A stretch of 64,000 nt of DNA from an uncultured Acidobacteriaceae bacterium (GCA_963722365.1 CAVRLM010000009.1:188861-252860); one strand, 5' to 3'; numbered from the stretch's first letter, positions 37,206-48,143 are shown. Translations and numbers: made by a program. The notes: generated by a model from the sequence alone, not told the origin.

Positions 37206-38267
37206 ATGAGCAAGAGCAAAGGCTACGCGGCGTTGAACCCCAAGGCTCCGCTCGCTCCGTATTCGTTTGATCGGCGCGAACCGCGCGAGCATGATGTTGT
37301 CATCGAGATCAAGTATTGCGGAATCTGTCATTCCGATATTCACCAGACGCGCGACGAGTGGAGCGACTACCAGGAAGAATCGATCTTCCCCATGGTGTCT
37401 GGGCATGAAATCGCCGGCGTAGTTATCGCAGTGGGCAGCAAGGTGACGAAGCACAAAATCGGCGACAAGGTAGGGGTGGGCTGTTTCGTCGATTCCTGCC
37501 GCACCTGTGCCGAGTGCAAGCGAGGCCTCGAGCAATATTGCAGCGTGCAGACCATCTGGACTTACAACGGACGCGATAAAGAGGGCAATCCAACCTACGG
37601 CGGATATTCCGACCGAATCGTAGTCGATGAAAACTATGTACTGCGCATGCCGAGCAATCTGCCGCTCGATGCCTGCGCTCCCCTTCTGTGCGCGGGAATC
37701 ACGCTGTATTCGCCGCTTCGGCAGTGGCATGCGGGCCCCGGCAAGAAAGTAGCGATCGTCGGCATGGGCGGCCTGGGGCACATGGGCGTCAAGCTGGCGC
37801 ATGCGCTGGGCGCCGAGGTCACCGTGCTGAGCCAGTCTTTGAACAAGCAGGCCGATGGAAAACGGCTGGGCGCGGATCACTTTTATGCAACCTCAGATCC
37901 CGAGACGTTCACCAAGCTGGCCAATTCGTTCGACCTGATCATCAACACGGTTTCCGCGAAAATGGACTGGAATGAATACCTGTCGCTATTGAGGATTGAC
38001 GGGACCATGGTTCTCGTGGGGCTCCCTGAGAAGGACGTGCCCGTCGGAGCATTTTCGTTGACGGCGCGACGCCGCAGGCTGGCGGGATCGCAGATCGGCG
38101 GGATTGGCGAGACACAAGAGATGCTGGATTTCTGCAGCAAACACGGGGTCGCGTGCGACATTGAAGTCGTGCCCATTCAGAAGGTCAATGAGGCGTACGA
38201 ACGCGTTCTGAAGAGTGATGTGCGCTACCGGTTTGTGATCGACATGGCATCTCTGACGAAGGCTTGA
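37206..38267 (+). CDS. Zinc-dependent NAD(P) alcohol dehydrogenase (YahK/cinnamyl-ADH-like)
   Basis: Start MSKSKGYAA.... [20 protein letters not shown]...C structural-zinc block, and [17 protein letters not shown] Rossmann motif. Confidence 0.88.
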   Translation: MSKSKGYAALNPKAPLAPYSFDRREPREHDVVIEIKYCGICHSDIHQTRDEWSDYQEESIFPMVSGHEIAGVVIAVGSKVTKHKIGDKVGVGCFVDSCRTCAECKRGLEQYCSVQTIWTYNGRDKEGNPTYGGYSDRIVVDENYVLRMPSNLPLDACAPLLCAGITLYSPLRQWHAGPGKKVAIVGMGGLGHMGVKLAHALGAEVTVLSQSLNKQADGKRLGADHFYATSDPETFTKLANSFDLIINTVSAKMDWNEYLSLLRIDGTMVLVGLPEKDVPVGAFSLTARRRRLAGSQIGGIGETQEMLDFCSKHGVACDIEVVPIQKVNEAYERVLKSDVRYRFVIDMASLTKA

Positions 38268-38372
38268 TGACGCGATTCAAGCGAGATCCTTCCCTCCGCC
38301 TGAAAAACGGCTACGGTCAGGATGACTCCTCAAGGCGAAAACGGGCACCGAAGTCGATGGCGTGTGCTTTGC

Positions 38373-40631
38373 TTAAAACAGCCGTCCAATTGAGAAGTTC
38401 ACGCGGCTTTGACCAGTCGGGCTGATACTGCCGGCCAGCGTGATCGGGCCGACGATCGTGTCGGCGATTACTCCGAGGTTGAAGGTGCCGCGGACGACGA
38501 CCGGCCCGGGATCATCGTCCGCCGTTCCGAATGCGGTTCCCGCCTCATACCATCCGCCCCAGTAGACCCCTCTTCCCAGCAGCGCAGGCAGGCGGTAGAG
38601 CTCGCGGCGAAATCCGAATGAAGTATACGCGTAGTGATTTCCCACGAAGGCGTAGGGCAGGTAGGCACCGAGCCGGAACGGTCCGCCGAGCGCGAAAACC
38701 TGAAACGGACCTGCAGAACCATTGAAGGTTGTTCCGCCGTCGATGTTAAAGAAGATCGATGTCTTCGGACTGACAGGCACGAAACTGGAAGTCTGTACGT
38801 CGAGTTGGCCGATGGGGTGCGCCAGCCCAGGGCTTTGCAGTACGCGCGACAGAGTAGTGACTACGCGCGTTCCGCGACTCGGAACCGACGGGCTGTCCTG
38901 ACCATCCCAGACGTAACGCGCGCGGAATTGTCCGGTGCTTCCGTCGATGATGGGCAGGCCCTGGCTGCCGATAAGTGGACTCAGCTTGCCGTCGAAGATT
39001 TCATAGCCGATGCGGAATTCGCTACGGCGTCCGGTGTTGTAGCCAATATCGAAGCCGCCGCCAGCGCGTTCATCGCCGAAAACGGCCACACGAGTCGACC
39101 CGGTGAACGAGTTGCGGGCGTACTTGGAGGCAAAGGCGTAGGGAGCCACAAAGAAACGCGACTGCCCAATTGGCTGGTAGAACTCGGACGCCGCTAGGTT
39201 GCTGGACCCGAAAAGGAGATCGTTGCGCCATTCGCCTCCGCGGTGGGCAACATCCATAAAGGTTACCCGCGCCCCGGCAGAGAAATTGAAAGACGCCACG
39301 CCCGAGCCATCGACATTGACCGCGAGATCTACGAAAGGTGGGCCGTACGATTTGTCGCGCGTCGTAATGCGGAGACCGGGAACTCCATTCTGCGTAAATC
39401 CCTCGTAGCCGAGTCGATCGAACTGTCCTTCACCGGCGATTCGGGTAAGTTGGGTATCGACCTTGGACAGATCAAGTGGACCTTTGAGCGCCTTGGTCAG
39501 GTGTAGCTGGAGCCGGCCATCCGTATCGGGATCGGCTCCGGCAACTTCGACGATCTCCACGCTCTCGTTTGGCTTATGCTTGCGCGCAGCACGCGCTGCT
39601 AGATACTCCTGCCACTCGGTTGGATCCTGCATTGCATAAGGCAAGAGAGCAGCCGACTGGGCAGACGCACTCTTATAGCCGAGTTTGACCAAATCCTTGA
39701 CGCGGCCGTAATCCGTTATCGCAAAGCCGCTCATGGCAATACTCACCGTGGCCCGTGCCAGAGCCAGCGAGTGGCGCTCGTTCTGCGTAATCATTACGTC
39801 GACTGCGCGAGTCAGGACTCCCGTGATCGTTTCCAGTTCTTTCGGATTACCCGGAGGAAGCCGCAATTCCACGGCGATAACCGAGTCCGCATCCATGCCA
39901 AGGACGGTTTCCACTGGAATGTTCTGCACCATGCCGCCATCCGCCAGGACGCGGCCATCGATTTCCACTGGAGTAAACACACCGGGGATGGCCATGGATG
40001 CGCGCACAGCTTGCGCCAAACCTCCTTGGTGCAGAACAACGCCCTCTCCACTGAGCATGTCGGTGGCGACGCAACGAAATGGAATCGGCAAATCGTCAAA
40101 GCTTGTGACACCGGACTCGGGAAACGCGATCCGGTCTAGTAACAATCCAATTCCCTGACCCGAGTTGAAGCCATTGGGGCCACTCAATCCGTGCTTCAGG
40201 CCGAGAGGCGCATTGATCAAATAATCGCGGCGATCCTGTTTGCGCCGGAAAGAAAGCTGCGTGTAAACCGTCCCGGGCAGAAACGCTTCATCCCAATTGA
40301 TCTTTTCGGCGAACGCCTGAATCTCCGCGGGAGTCATGCCGGTGGCATACATGGCGCCGATGATGCTGCCCATGCTGGTGCCTGCGATCCGGTCGACCGG
40401 AATGTGATTTTCTTCCATCCATTGAATGACTCCGATTTCAGCCAGGCCCAACGCGCCGCCGCCACTGAGCGCCAAGCCGATCCGTGGACGGTGCGCGGGA
40501 ACTGGGGGCTGCATAACCGATGAGTCGTCCTGTGCCTGCATCAATCCAGACAAGACAAGACTCAGTATGAAAATGCTCCACACAATCGGGAGTTCGGTCG
40601 GGATGCGAGAGAGCGGAGAAGTACGCTTCAT
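38373..40631 (-). CDS. Patatin-like phospholipase fused to a C-terminal Omp85/surface-antigen beta-barrel (PlpD-like, type Vd secretion architecture)
   Basis: IGLALSGGGALGLAEIGVIQWM...GTSMGSIIGAMY (GxGxxG and GxSxG) and a DGG block. The C-terminal ~300 aa have alternating beta-strand character and end in ...NFSIGRLF. Confidence 0.85.
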   Translation of the reverse strand: MKRTSPLSRIPTELPIVWSIFILSLVLSGLMQAQDDSSVMQPPVPAHRPRIGLALSGGGALGLAEIGVIQWMEENHIPVDRIAGTSMGSIIGAMYATGMTPAEIQAFAEKINWDEAFLPGTVYTQLSFRRKQDRRDYLINAPLGLKHGLSGPNGFNSGQGIGLLLDRIAFPESGVTSFDDLPIPFRCVATDMLSGEGVVLHQGGLAQAVRASMAIPGVFTPVEIDGRVLADGGMVQNIPVETVLGMDADSVIAVELRLPPGNPKELETITGVLTRAVDVMITQNERHSLALARATVSIAMSGFAITDYGRVKDLVKLGYKSASAQSAALLPYAMQDPTEWQEYLAARAARKHKPNESVEIVEVAGADPDTDGRLQLHLTKALKGPLDLSKVDTQLTRIAGEGQFDRLGYEGFTQNGVPGLRITTRDKSYGPPFVDLAVNVDGSGVASFNFSAGARVTFMDVAHRGGEWRNDLLFGSSNLAASEFYQPIGQSRFFVAPYAFASKYARNSFTGSTRVAVFGDERAGGGFDIGYNTGRRSEFRIGYEIFDGKLSPLIGSQGLPIIDGSTGQFRARYVWDGQDSPSVPSRGTRVVTTLSRVLQSPGLAHPIGQLDVQTSSFVPVSPKTSIFFNIDGGTTFNGSAGPFQVFALGGPFRLGAYLPYAFVGNHYAYTSFGFRRELYRLPALLGRGVYWGGWYEAGTAFGTADDDPGPVVVRGTFNLGVIADTIVGPITLAGSISPTGQSRVNFSIGRLF

Positions 40632-40743
40632 TCTGTGCTCCTGGAATGCAGAGGCAATAGCAATCGCGTGCGGAAAGCGGATGAGGAAAAAAGGTTAGCA
40701 GGTTTGTGCGACCAGAGTCAGCAACAGGAGTTTCATGAGCGAC

Positions 40744-41808
40744 TCAATTCGGTTTCGACAATGTCGCACCCTGCGCGGCGCGCACCTGGTCCACTACGTC
40801 GCGAACTGCGTCTATGACCACTTCAGGGCGATCGCTCTGAATGTAGTGCGAACTATTCTTCGCGATCACCTGCGTTCCGCGAGTCGACAGATGTGCCAGT
40901 TCCTCTTGCATTTTCTCCCATGCTTCGTTGGTAGGCTTGGCGAGATCTGCTGGAAGCTCGGCCGACGGTTTATCTGGATCGTGGGAAAACACCACGAGCG
41001 GAATATCGCCGAGAGTGCCGGTGGCCGCGGTCTGGGCGGCGCTTTCTGAAAAGGCTTTCAGTTCGGCGACGCCCTCGCGAGCACTATGAAAGTTACACTC
41101 GGCCGCGCGCTGCACCGGCTCTTCATCGCACAAGCCCAGCAGCCGGGGAATACCAAATGGCGTGGTGTACTCCAGGAACTGTGCTTCGCGCTGCCATGTT
41201 CCTTCCATATTCTTAAGCTCCGGGGGTAAGCGTTTTTCCTGGTCGGGATGAGAGGCATCGACCAGCACCATGCCCGCGACTTCGTTGCGGTAGAGGCTGG
41301 CGTAAAGGCGCACAGTAAATCCACCCATTGAATGACCGACCAGTACATAGGGCGAAGCTACTCCCGCGGCCTGCAGCAACGCGTGCAATTCGCCGGCGAT
41401 CACCTTGCTGGTGCGAGGCTGCGAACTGGATTCGCTGTAGCCAATGCCAGCGCGGTCATACGAGCACACGCGGGTGAACTTCGCGATCTGCGGCTGCACT
41501 TTGCGCCACGACACGTAAGTGTCGCCGAGCCCGGACTCGAGAATGACCGCTGGGCTTCCTTTTCCCGTGCAGTCGATGTGCATCTTGAATCTGCCCACGT
41601 CGTAGAGCCTCCCGGGCATGGGATTAAAGCGACGGTCGCGCGCCTCGAAGATGTTCTCGTAAATCACTCCGGCAACGGCGAGGATTAGCACCAGCAGGAG
41701 CGCGCCGCGGACAATTCTCCCTAGCCACGGACGAGAAGGAACGGACGTAGGCGCTGAGGTGTGCATAGGTTGGAGAAAATGCGCGACCCGTCCGAGTCGC
41801 GCTGGCAC
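40744..41808 (-). CDS. Alpha/beta-fold hydrolase with N-terminal membrane anchor
   Basis: VLVGHSMGG nucleophile elbow. TM segment GALLLVLILAVAGVIY. Confidence 0.8.
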   Translation of the reverse strand: MPARLGRVAHFLQPMHTSAPTSVPSRPWLGRIVRGALLLVLILAVAGVIYENIFEARDRRFNPMPGRLYDVGRFKMHIDCTGKGSPAVILESGLGDTYVSWRKVQPQIAKFTRVCSYDRAGIGYSESSSQPRTSKVIAGELHALLQAAGVASPYVLVGHSMGGFTVRLYASLYRNEVAGMVLVDASHPDQEKRLPPELKNMEGTWQREAQFLEYTTPFGIPRLLGLCDEEPVQRAAECNFHSAREGVAELKAFSESAAQTAATGTLGDIPLVVFSHDPDKPSAELPADLAKPTNEAWEKMQEELAHLSTRGTQVIAKNSSHYIQSDRPEVVIDAVRDVVDQVRAAQGATLSKPN

Positions 41809-41813
41809 GCATT

Positions 41814-43811
41814 TTACATGACCGGGGGTACGGTGATGCCCATGACTGCAAGGCAGCGAACCAGTTCGCGGCGAACCACCGCGACGGTCGCGAGCAGCAG
41901 TTGTTTTCGCTTCTCATCGGGCTCGCTCAGGATTGGATGCCGATGGTAAAAAGTGTTGAAGAACTGCCCCAACTGGAAAACGTGTTTCGCCAGGTATGCG
42001 GGTTCGGTGGTGACGATGCACTGCTCGATCACTGAAGATGTCTTGGACGACGCCAGCCACAGCTCCCAAATTTCGTTGGCATCCTCTCGGTTGAGAAAAC
42101 TCGCGAGATCAGCCGCGGTCACATTGCTAGCGGATTCCTTAAAGAAGGTATCGGGGTCGAACCCAGCTTTGCGGAAGATGCTGCTAGCGCGAACGACCGC
42201 ATATTGCGCGTAGGGCCCGGTCTCGCCTTCAAAGCTGAGCGCCTCCTTGAAATCGAAGGCGATCACGGACTGCTTGGTGTACTTCAGCATGAAGTAGCGC
42301 AGAGCCCCGATGGCGATCTGCGTGGCAATCTGCAGGCGTTCCGGTTCGCTGACCTGCGGATGGCGCGAGTCGACTTCTTTCTTGGCCGACGCGATCAGCT
42401 GATCGAGTAGATCGTCAGCCTTCACGCCAAAGCCCTTGCGCCCGCTGACTTCGATGTAAGAACGAGCCTTGTCTTCTTCGCTCAGGGTGTAGCCGAGTTC
42501 CGCAGCGCAACGCGGGGTCAGCGCGACCATCTCGTAGGAGAAGTGTGTGTAGTGGCTGGCGGCCTCTCCATGCCCGAGTCCGCGCAACGCCTCGATGACT
42601 GTGTTCTGCGCCTCGGACTGGCGCGCATCGATAACGTTGTAGATTTCGGCGACGTCGCCGAAGTGAGGATGGTCCTTTTCGCCGTCTGCGGTTGAGATCC
42701 AGCAGTCGTGATTGTTGGGATAACGGTAGAACTTGCGATATCCGAAGTCGCGGCCGAGCAGGCCGAACTTCCACATGTGGTAGGCGATGTCTTTGCCCAC
42801 GTAACCGACGGTCCCGTTAGAGCGGACGATAACTTTCTGATCTTCCTCGGTAATCTTGCCATCCTCCGTGTTCTCTGTGTCCCCTGTGGTCAAGGTGTTC
42901 GCGGTTCCAGCCCGCCGCATCACCCAGCATCCTTTGTTCTTCCCTTCATTCTCGAAGGTGAGCACGCCGGCATCTTTTAGTTTGGTAAAGGCGGCGTCCC
43001 AAAAATGCAGGTGCAGAATTTCGCTTTCGCGCGGAAGGAAATCGTATTCGATGTCGAGCCGGTCCATGGTCTCGAGATGGCGGCGCAGCACCGCCACCGA
43101 AATCAGTTCCGCGATAGCGGCAGTCTCCGTCGTGCCGTCTTCAATGGCATGCAGCGTTTGCAGACGCACTTGCAGATTCTGTTTGTCGGCCTCGTACCAC
43201 TGCGAGACTCGAGCGTACAAATCCCAGCAGTAATAATCGAAACGTGGCTGGCGGGTAAGAGCCTCGATTTCCGCGCGAGATTTTTTCTCGATGTTCGTAA
43301 AGCCAACTACAACATCGGCCACCTGAACCCCGGTGTTGTCGATGTAATTCTGGACGTCGACTTCTCTGCCCGCCGACCGGAGCAATCGCACAAAGGTGTC
43401 GCCGAGGATCGCATTGCGCAGATGACCGATGTGCGCGGCCTTGTTGGGATTGATGCTCGAATGCTCCACCAGAATCTTGCCGAAAGCGATCTCGGCGGGC
43501 GGTTTCTGATCGGCGGTCAACGCAGCCGCCATCCAACCTCGGTCAATCTTGGCGTTGAGGTAGCCGGGAGGCGCGACCTGCATTTCCGCGATGCCTTCGA
43601 TCGGGCCGATCTCAGCACGGATCGTTTCGGCAATCTTCAGCGGTGCCGAACGCAGGGGCTTAGCGTAAGGAAAAATGGGAATCGCAAGATCCCCGAGTTC
43701 GACCTTCGGAGGCTGTTCGACGACCACGCCGGGCAGGGGGACGCCAGGGTACTTGCGCTGCAGACACTCCAGCACGCGCTGGGCAAGGCGATGTTCGAGA
43801 TGACGATACAA
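41814..43811 (-). CDS. argS: Arginine--tRNA ligase
   Basis: SINPNKAAHIGHLRNAILGD (HIGH) and a DALR-type anticodon-binding C-terminus. 665 aa. Confidence 0.93.
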   Translation of the reverse strand: MYRHLEHRLAQRVLECLQRKYPGVPLPGVVVEQPPKVELGDLAIPIFPYAKPLRSAPLKIAETIRAEIGPIEGIAEMQVAPPGYLNAKIDRGWMAAALTADQKPPAEIAFGKILVEHSSINPNKAAHIGHLRNAILGDTFVRLLRSAGREVDVQNYIDNTGVQVADVVVGFTNIEKKSRAEIEALTRQPRFDYYCWDLYARVSQWYEADKQNLQVRLQTLHAIEDGTTETAAIAELISVAVLRRHLETMDRLDIEYDFLPRESEILHLHFWDAAFTKLKDAGVLTFENEGKNKGCWVMRRAGTANTLTTGDTENTEDGKITEEDQKVIVRSNGTVGYVGKDIAYHMWKFGLLGRDFGYRKFYRYPNNHDCWISTADGEKDHPHFGDVAEIYNVIDARQSEAQNTVIEALRGLGHGEAASHYTHFSYEMVALTPRCAAELGYTLSEEDKARSYIEVSGRKGFGVKADDLLDQLIASAKKEVDSRHPQVSEPERLQIATQIAIGALRYFMLKYTKQSVIAFDFKEALSFEGETGPYAQYAVVRASSIFRKAGFDPDTFFKESASNVTAADLASFLNREDANEIWELWLASSKTSSVIEQCIVTTEPAYLAKHVFQLGQFFNTFYHRHPILSEPDEKRKQLLLATVAVVRRELVRCLAVMGITVPPVM

Positions 43812-44006
43812 AAAGTCCCTCTAAGCTGTTGAAGAAACAGTGATTTTATCAGAGTGCGCGAGGAGCGCGCGTTTGACGGAGGTGGATTGCTTCCCTATGA
43901 TGAAAGTTTCTCGTCGTGACTACGTTAAACCCTTAACCACAGAGGTCATAGAGACCGATCTGCTGTGAGCGTTCTCTGCATCTCCTGTGGTGAAGACTTG
44001 GACTTC

Positions 44007-45347
44007 ATGCGGATAGCCTATCTTGAATGTTTTTCCGGTATAAGCGGCGACATGTTCCTCGGCGCCCTTATCGATGCCGGAGTTCCGCCGCGCGTGCTGG
44101 AGGAAACCGTCGCGGCGCTCAACGTAGGCGCTCGTCTGGAAATTTCGCGGGTTGTTCGTAGCGGTATTTCGGCCATGAAGGTTGACGTCTGGGTCGATGG
44201 CGAGAAGGACATGCCGCGCGAAGAATACTGGGCGAAACAAGAGCATGCTGAACACCAGCATAGTCATGACCATGGGCACGACGACGAGCATCATCACGAT
44301 CATCAGCACTCTTCCGAGTCCGATGGAACGCGGGCGGGGACGCCCCCGCTACATTTGCAATCTCACAACCGCGGATTGACTGAGATTCGCGAGATCATCG
44401 GCAAGGCCGCGATCAGCGACTCTGCAAAGCGGACAGCGGTCGCAATATTTGAGGCGCTCGGAACGGCAGAAGCGAAAATTCACGCCACTTCCATCGAGAA
44501 GGTACACTTCCACGAAGTGGGCGCCGTGGATGCGATGGTCGACATCGTCTGCGCTTCGGTCGGGGCAGAAGCGCTGGGAGTAGACGAGATTGTCTGCTCT
44601 CCTCTGAATGTCGGTGGCGGGTCGGTGAAATGTGCGCACGGAACATTTCCGGTGCCCGCACCCGCGACGATCGAATTGCTGAAAGACGCTCCCGTGTACT
44701 CGTCGGGTGTTCAGGCGGAATTGGTGACACCCACAGGCGCCGCAATTGTGAAGGTTTTGGCGAAGCGCTTCGCGGCGTTTCCTGAGATGAAGATCAAGAA
44801 GGCGGGATACGGTGCGGGGACGCGCGAGTTCCCTGGCTTGCCAAACGTGGTGCGGTTGACGATCGGTGAATCCGCGTCGAAGTCGGCGGCTAAGACGGAG
44901 TCCGATACGGTCGCCGTTTTGGAAGCGAATCTCGATGACCTGAACCCGCAGGTGTTCGGGTATGTGATGGATCGACTGCTTGAAGAAGGAGCGCTCGACG
45001 TGTTCGGCATGCCGGTGCAAATGAAGAAGAATCGGCCCGGAACGCTATTGACCGTCCTATGCAAGCCGGAAGATGCGAGCAAGCTATCGCACTTGATCTT
45101 CACCGAGACCACTACGCTGGGCGTGCGCCGGCGGGACGAAGCTCGTGAAACCCTGGCGAGGCGCTGGGAAAACGTGCGCACCCAATGGGGCGAGGTTCGC
45201 ATCAAGATTGCCAGCATGAATGGGACCGTCACCAATTACGCGCCCGAGTATGAGGACTGCCGGCGCATTGCCACGGAGCATCACGTGCCGCTCAAGAAAG
45301 TAATGCAGGAAGCCTCGCGAGAGTACACGAACAGCGGTCGCAAATAA
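44007..45347 (+). CDS. larC: Nickel-pincer cofactor nickel insertase LarC (DUF111 family)
   Basis: MRIAYLECFSGISGDMFLGALIDAGV... with a His-rich stretch EHAEHQHSHDHGHDDEHHHDHQH, then ...HFHEVGAVDAMVDIV. Confidence 0.88.
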   Translation: MRIAYLECFSGISGDMFLGALIDAGVPPRVLEETVAALNVGARLEISRVVRSGISAMKVDVWVDGEKDMPREEYWAKQEHAEHQHSHDHGHDDEHHHDHQHSSESDGTRAGTPPLHLQSHNRGLTEIREIIGKAAISDSAKRTAVAIFEALGTAEAKIHATSIEKVHFHEVGAVDAMVDIVCASVGAEALGVDEIVCSPLNVGGGSVKCAHGTFPVPAPATIELLKDAPVYSSGVQAELVTPTGAAIVKVLAKRFAAFPEMKIKKAGYGAGTREFPGLPNVVRLTIGESASKSAAKTESDTVAVLEANLDDLNPQVFGYVMDRLLEEGALDVFGMPVQMKKNRPGTLLTVLCKPEDASKLSHLIFTETTTLGVRRRDEARETLARRWENVRTQWGEVRIKIASMNGTVTNYAPEYEDCRRIATEHHVPLKKVMQEASREYTNSGRK

Positions 45348-45368
45348 GTTCCGAACTATCCGAGCCAA

Positions 45369-46040
45369 ATGATTGACGAGAAGATCAACGACGTTCAGTC
45401 CGGCTATGACTTGGTAGCCGAGGAGTATGCCCGGCGCATCTACGACGAGCTGCAGCATAAGCCGCTCGACTGCCGCCTGCTCGACCGGTTTGCCGAGAGC
45501 GTGCGCAATGCGGGCGTGGCGTGCGATCTTGGCTGCGGACCAGGACAGGTCGCTCGTTATCTTCTGGGGCGTGGACTCCAGGCTTGCGGCATGGACTTGT
45601 CGCCGGGAATGATTCAATGCGCCCGGCAATTGAATCCCGGCATCGAATTCAAGCAAGGGGACATGCGTGCCCTTCCCGTGGCTGACAACTCTTGGGCTGG
45701 GATCGCCGCATTTTATGCCATCGTCAACTTGCCGCCCGACGATCTTGTGCAAGCCCTGCGGGAGATGATGCGTGTACTGCTACCCGGCGGACGGCTGTTG
45801 CTGAGTTTTCACATCGGCGACGACACTTCCCAGGTCGAAGACCTTTGGGGCTCGGGAGCTGTGCTTGAATTTCATCTCTTCCGCGTGAGCACGGTGGAGG
45901 ATCACATTCGTCGTGCGGGATTCGAGATTGAAGAGACTATCGAGCGCGACCCTTATGCGCCGGAGGTTGAGTATCAAAGCCGGCGCGCTTACATTTTTGC
46001 TAAAAAACCCAGGACGAAGATCGCACAAGAGATCGCATAA
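45369..46040 (+). CDS. Class I SAM-dependent methyltransferase
   Basis: Motif I VACDLGCGPGQVA. Methyltransf_11-like layout. Confidence 0.8.
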   Translation: MIDEKINDVQSGYDLVAEEYARRIYDELQHKPLDCRLLDRFAESVRNAGVACDLGCGPGQVARYLLGRGLQACGMDLSPGMIQCARQLNPGIEFKQGDMRALPVADNSWAGIAAFYAIVNLPPDDLVQALREMMRVLLPGGRLLLSFHIGDDTSQVEDLWGSGAVLEFHLFRVSTVEDHIRRAGFEIEETIERDPYAPEVEYQSRRAYIFAKKPRTKIAQEIA

Positions 46041-46042
46041 GA

Positions 46043-48055
46043 ATGACCAGAAAGTTCTACATCACGACCCCGATTTATTACGTAAATGCGCGGCCACACA
46101 TCGGCCACGCCTATACGACAATCGCCTGCGATACGATCGCGCGACGTCAACGACTGCTGGGCGCCGATACGTTCTTCCTGACAGGCACCGACGAGCACGG
46201 TCAAAAGATCGAGCGTGCGGCTGAGGCCGCGGGCAAGACTCCACAGAAATATGCGGACGAGATCTCTTCGGAGTTCCGCAAGCTCTGGCAGCGGATGGGA
46301 ATCTCCAACGATGACTTCATCCGCACCACGGAAGAGCGCCACAAGAAGCGGGCGCAGGAGCTGTTTCGGCGCATTCGCGATAACGGCTACATCTACAAAG
46401 GCACCTACACCGGTCAGTACTGTGTGTCCGACGAACTCTACGTCGATGGCGCGCAACCCGGCGATCCTTGCCCCACCTGCGGACGGATCACCGAGACCGT
46501 TCATGAAGAGAATTACTTCTTCAAACTGTCGGCGTTTCAGGACAAACTTCTGGAGTTGTATGCGAATCCAGATTTCATTCGGCCGGAGACGCGGCGCAAT
46601 GAAGTGATTTCGTTTGTGCGTTCGGGACTTCGCGATCTCTCGATCAGCCGCTCGACGTTTTCGTGGGGCATTCCGGTGCCGGACGATCCCAAGCATGTCA
46701 TTTACGTATGGCTCGATGCACTGGCCAACTACATCACGGCGATCGGCTACGGCTCTTCCCATGCCGGGGCACAGGAGGCGTTTAAGAAATATTGGCCCGC
46801 CGATGTGCACATGATCGGCAAGGAGATCGTTCGTTTTCACTGCGTCTACTGGCCGGCATTTCTGCTGGCGGCAGGATTGCCCTTGCCCAAGGCGATCGTG
46901 GCTCACGGCTGGCTGCTGTTCGAAGAGAGCAAGATGTCGAAGTCGCGCGGCAACATTGTGCGCACCGAAACGATTCTCGATGTGCTCGGGGCCGATGCCC
47001 TGCGCTACTTCCTGCTGCGCGAGGTCGTATTCGGGCAAGATGGTTCGTTCTCGTTCGACGCGTTGGTGCAACGCTATAACTCCGACCTGGCGAACGGCCT
47101 GGGAAACCTGGCCAGCCGCACGCTGACCATGATTAACCGGTACTTCAAGGGCGAAGTCCCGTATCCATCGCCCTCGGCGTCGAAGCTTCCCGCAGATGAC
47201 GCGGTCGCGGATACGGCGCGCAAAACGATTCGTGAATTCGGCACGCTGTTCGACCAGTTCCAGTTTTCGCGCGCCCTTGAATCGGTATGGGGCTTGGTAG
47301 CGACGGTCGACAAATACATCGTCGAAAACGAACCTTGGTCTCTCGGAGAGAAGCAGGATGCCGAGAGTCGCGCACGGCTAGCGACCGTGCTCTATACCTC
47401 GGCAGAAGCTTTGCGGATCGCGACCGCGTTGGCGCATCCAGTCATGCCCGATGCAACTGCCAAAATCTGGGAGCAGATGGGACTGGGAGACATCAAAAAG
47501 CTTGCCCTGGCCGATCTGGCGTGGGGCCAGTTGCAACTGGGCACGAAGCTTGGTGATGTCCACCCGGTCTTCCCACGCGCCGACAAGAGCGCCATCGAAA
47601 GGATGCAGAACATGGAAGATCAGCAACGAGGTCCGGCGGTGGAAGAAGCGAAGGAAGCAACCGCTACCATGCCGAGCGTGACGCCCCAGCAGACCGTCGC
47701 GCCCGCTCCTCCGGCGGCAACTGACGGCGGCAAGATTACCATCGACGACTTTGCGAAGATCGAACTGCGCGTTGGCGTGGTGAAAGTTGCCGAGCGCGTG
47801 CCCAAAGCCGACAAACTCCTTCGTCTTGAAGTCGACATCGGCACGGAAGTGCGGCAGGTTTTGGCGGGGATTGCCGAGGCTTATGCGCCCGAAACTTTGG
47901 TCGGTCGCAAAGTTGTGATCGTCGCTAACCTCGCCCCGCGGAAGCTCCGCGGCATGGAGTCGAACGGAATGATCGTCGCAGCCTCACTGGAGGGTGGAAA
48001 GCCGGTGCTGGCAAGCTTTCTGGAGGATGTGCCCGTCGGGGCAAGATTGAAATAA
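46043..48055 (+). CDS. metG: Methionine--tRNA ligase with C-terminal tRNA-binding (EMAP-like) domain
   Basis: YYVNARPHIGHAYTT (HIGH), KMSKSRGN (KMSKS), and a Zn knuckle CVSDE...CPTCG. Confidence 0.95.
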   Translation: MTRKFYITTPIYYVNARPHIGHAYTTIACDTIARRQRLLGADTFFLTGTDEHGQKIERAAEAAGKTPQKYADEISSEFRKLWQRMGISNDDFIRTTEERHKKRAQELFRRIRDNGYIYKGTYTGQYCVSDELYVDGAQPGDPCPTCGRITETVHEENYFFKLSAFQDKLLELYANPDFIRPETRRNEVISFVRSGLRDLSISRSTFSWGIPVPDDPKHVIYVWLDALANYITAIGYGSSHAGAQEAFKKYWPADVHMIGKEIVRFHCVYWPAFLLAAGLPLPKAIVAHGWLLFEESKMSKSRGNIVRTETILDVLGADALRYFLLREVVFGQDGSFSFDALVQRYNSDLANGLGNLASRTLTMINRYFKGEVPYPSPSASKLPADDAVADTARKTIREFGTLFDQFQFSRALESVWGLVATVDKYIVENEPWSLGEKQDAESRARLATVLYTSAEALRIATALAHPVMPDATAKIWEQMGLGDIKKLALADLAWGQLQLGTKLGDVHPVFPRADKSAIERMQNMEDQQRGPAVEEAKEATATMPSVTPQQTVAPAPPAATDGGKITIDDFAKIELRVGVVKVAERVPKADKLLRLEVDIGTEVRQVLAGIAEAYAPETLVGRKVVIVANLAPRKLRGMESNGMIVAASLEGGKPVLASFLEDVPVGARLK

Positions 48056-48143
48056 GGATCAAAACCGGGCCTCGTTTGCGAAGCCGGACAAACCGAAGGC
48101 CTTCCCTGAGCCTGTCGAAGGGACGGCTGTCTCCACATGAATC

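Noticed and set aside
38281-38340. Possible dispersed REP-like element (agatccttc...ggtcaggatgac) between the alcohol dehydrogenase and the patatin gene
   Set aside because: There is only one copy in this window. The resemblance to repeats I recall from other Acidobacteria cannot be verified without a genome-wide search.
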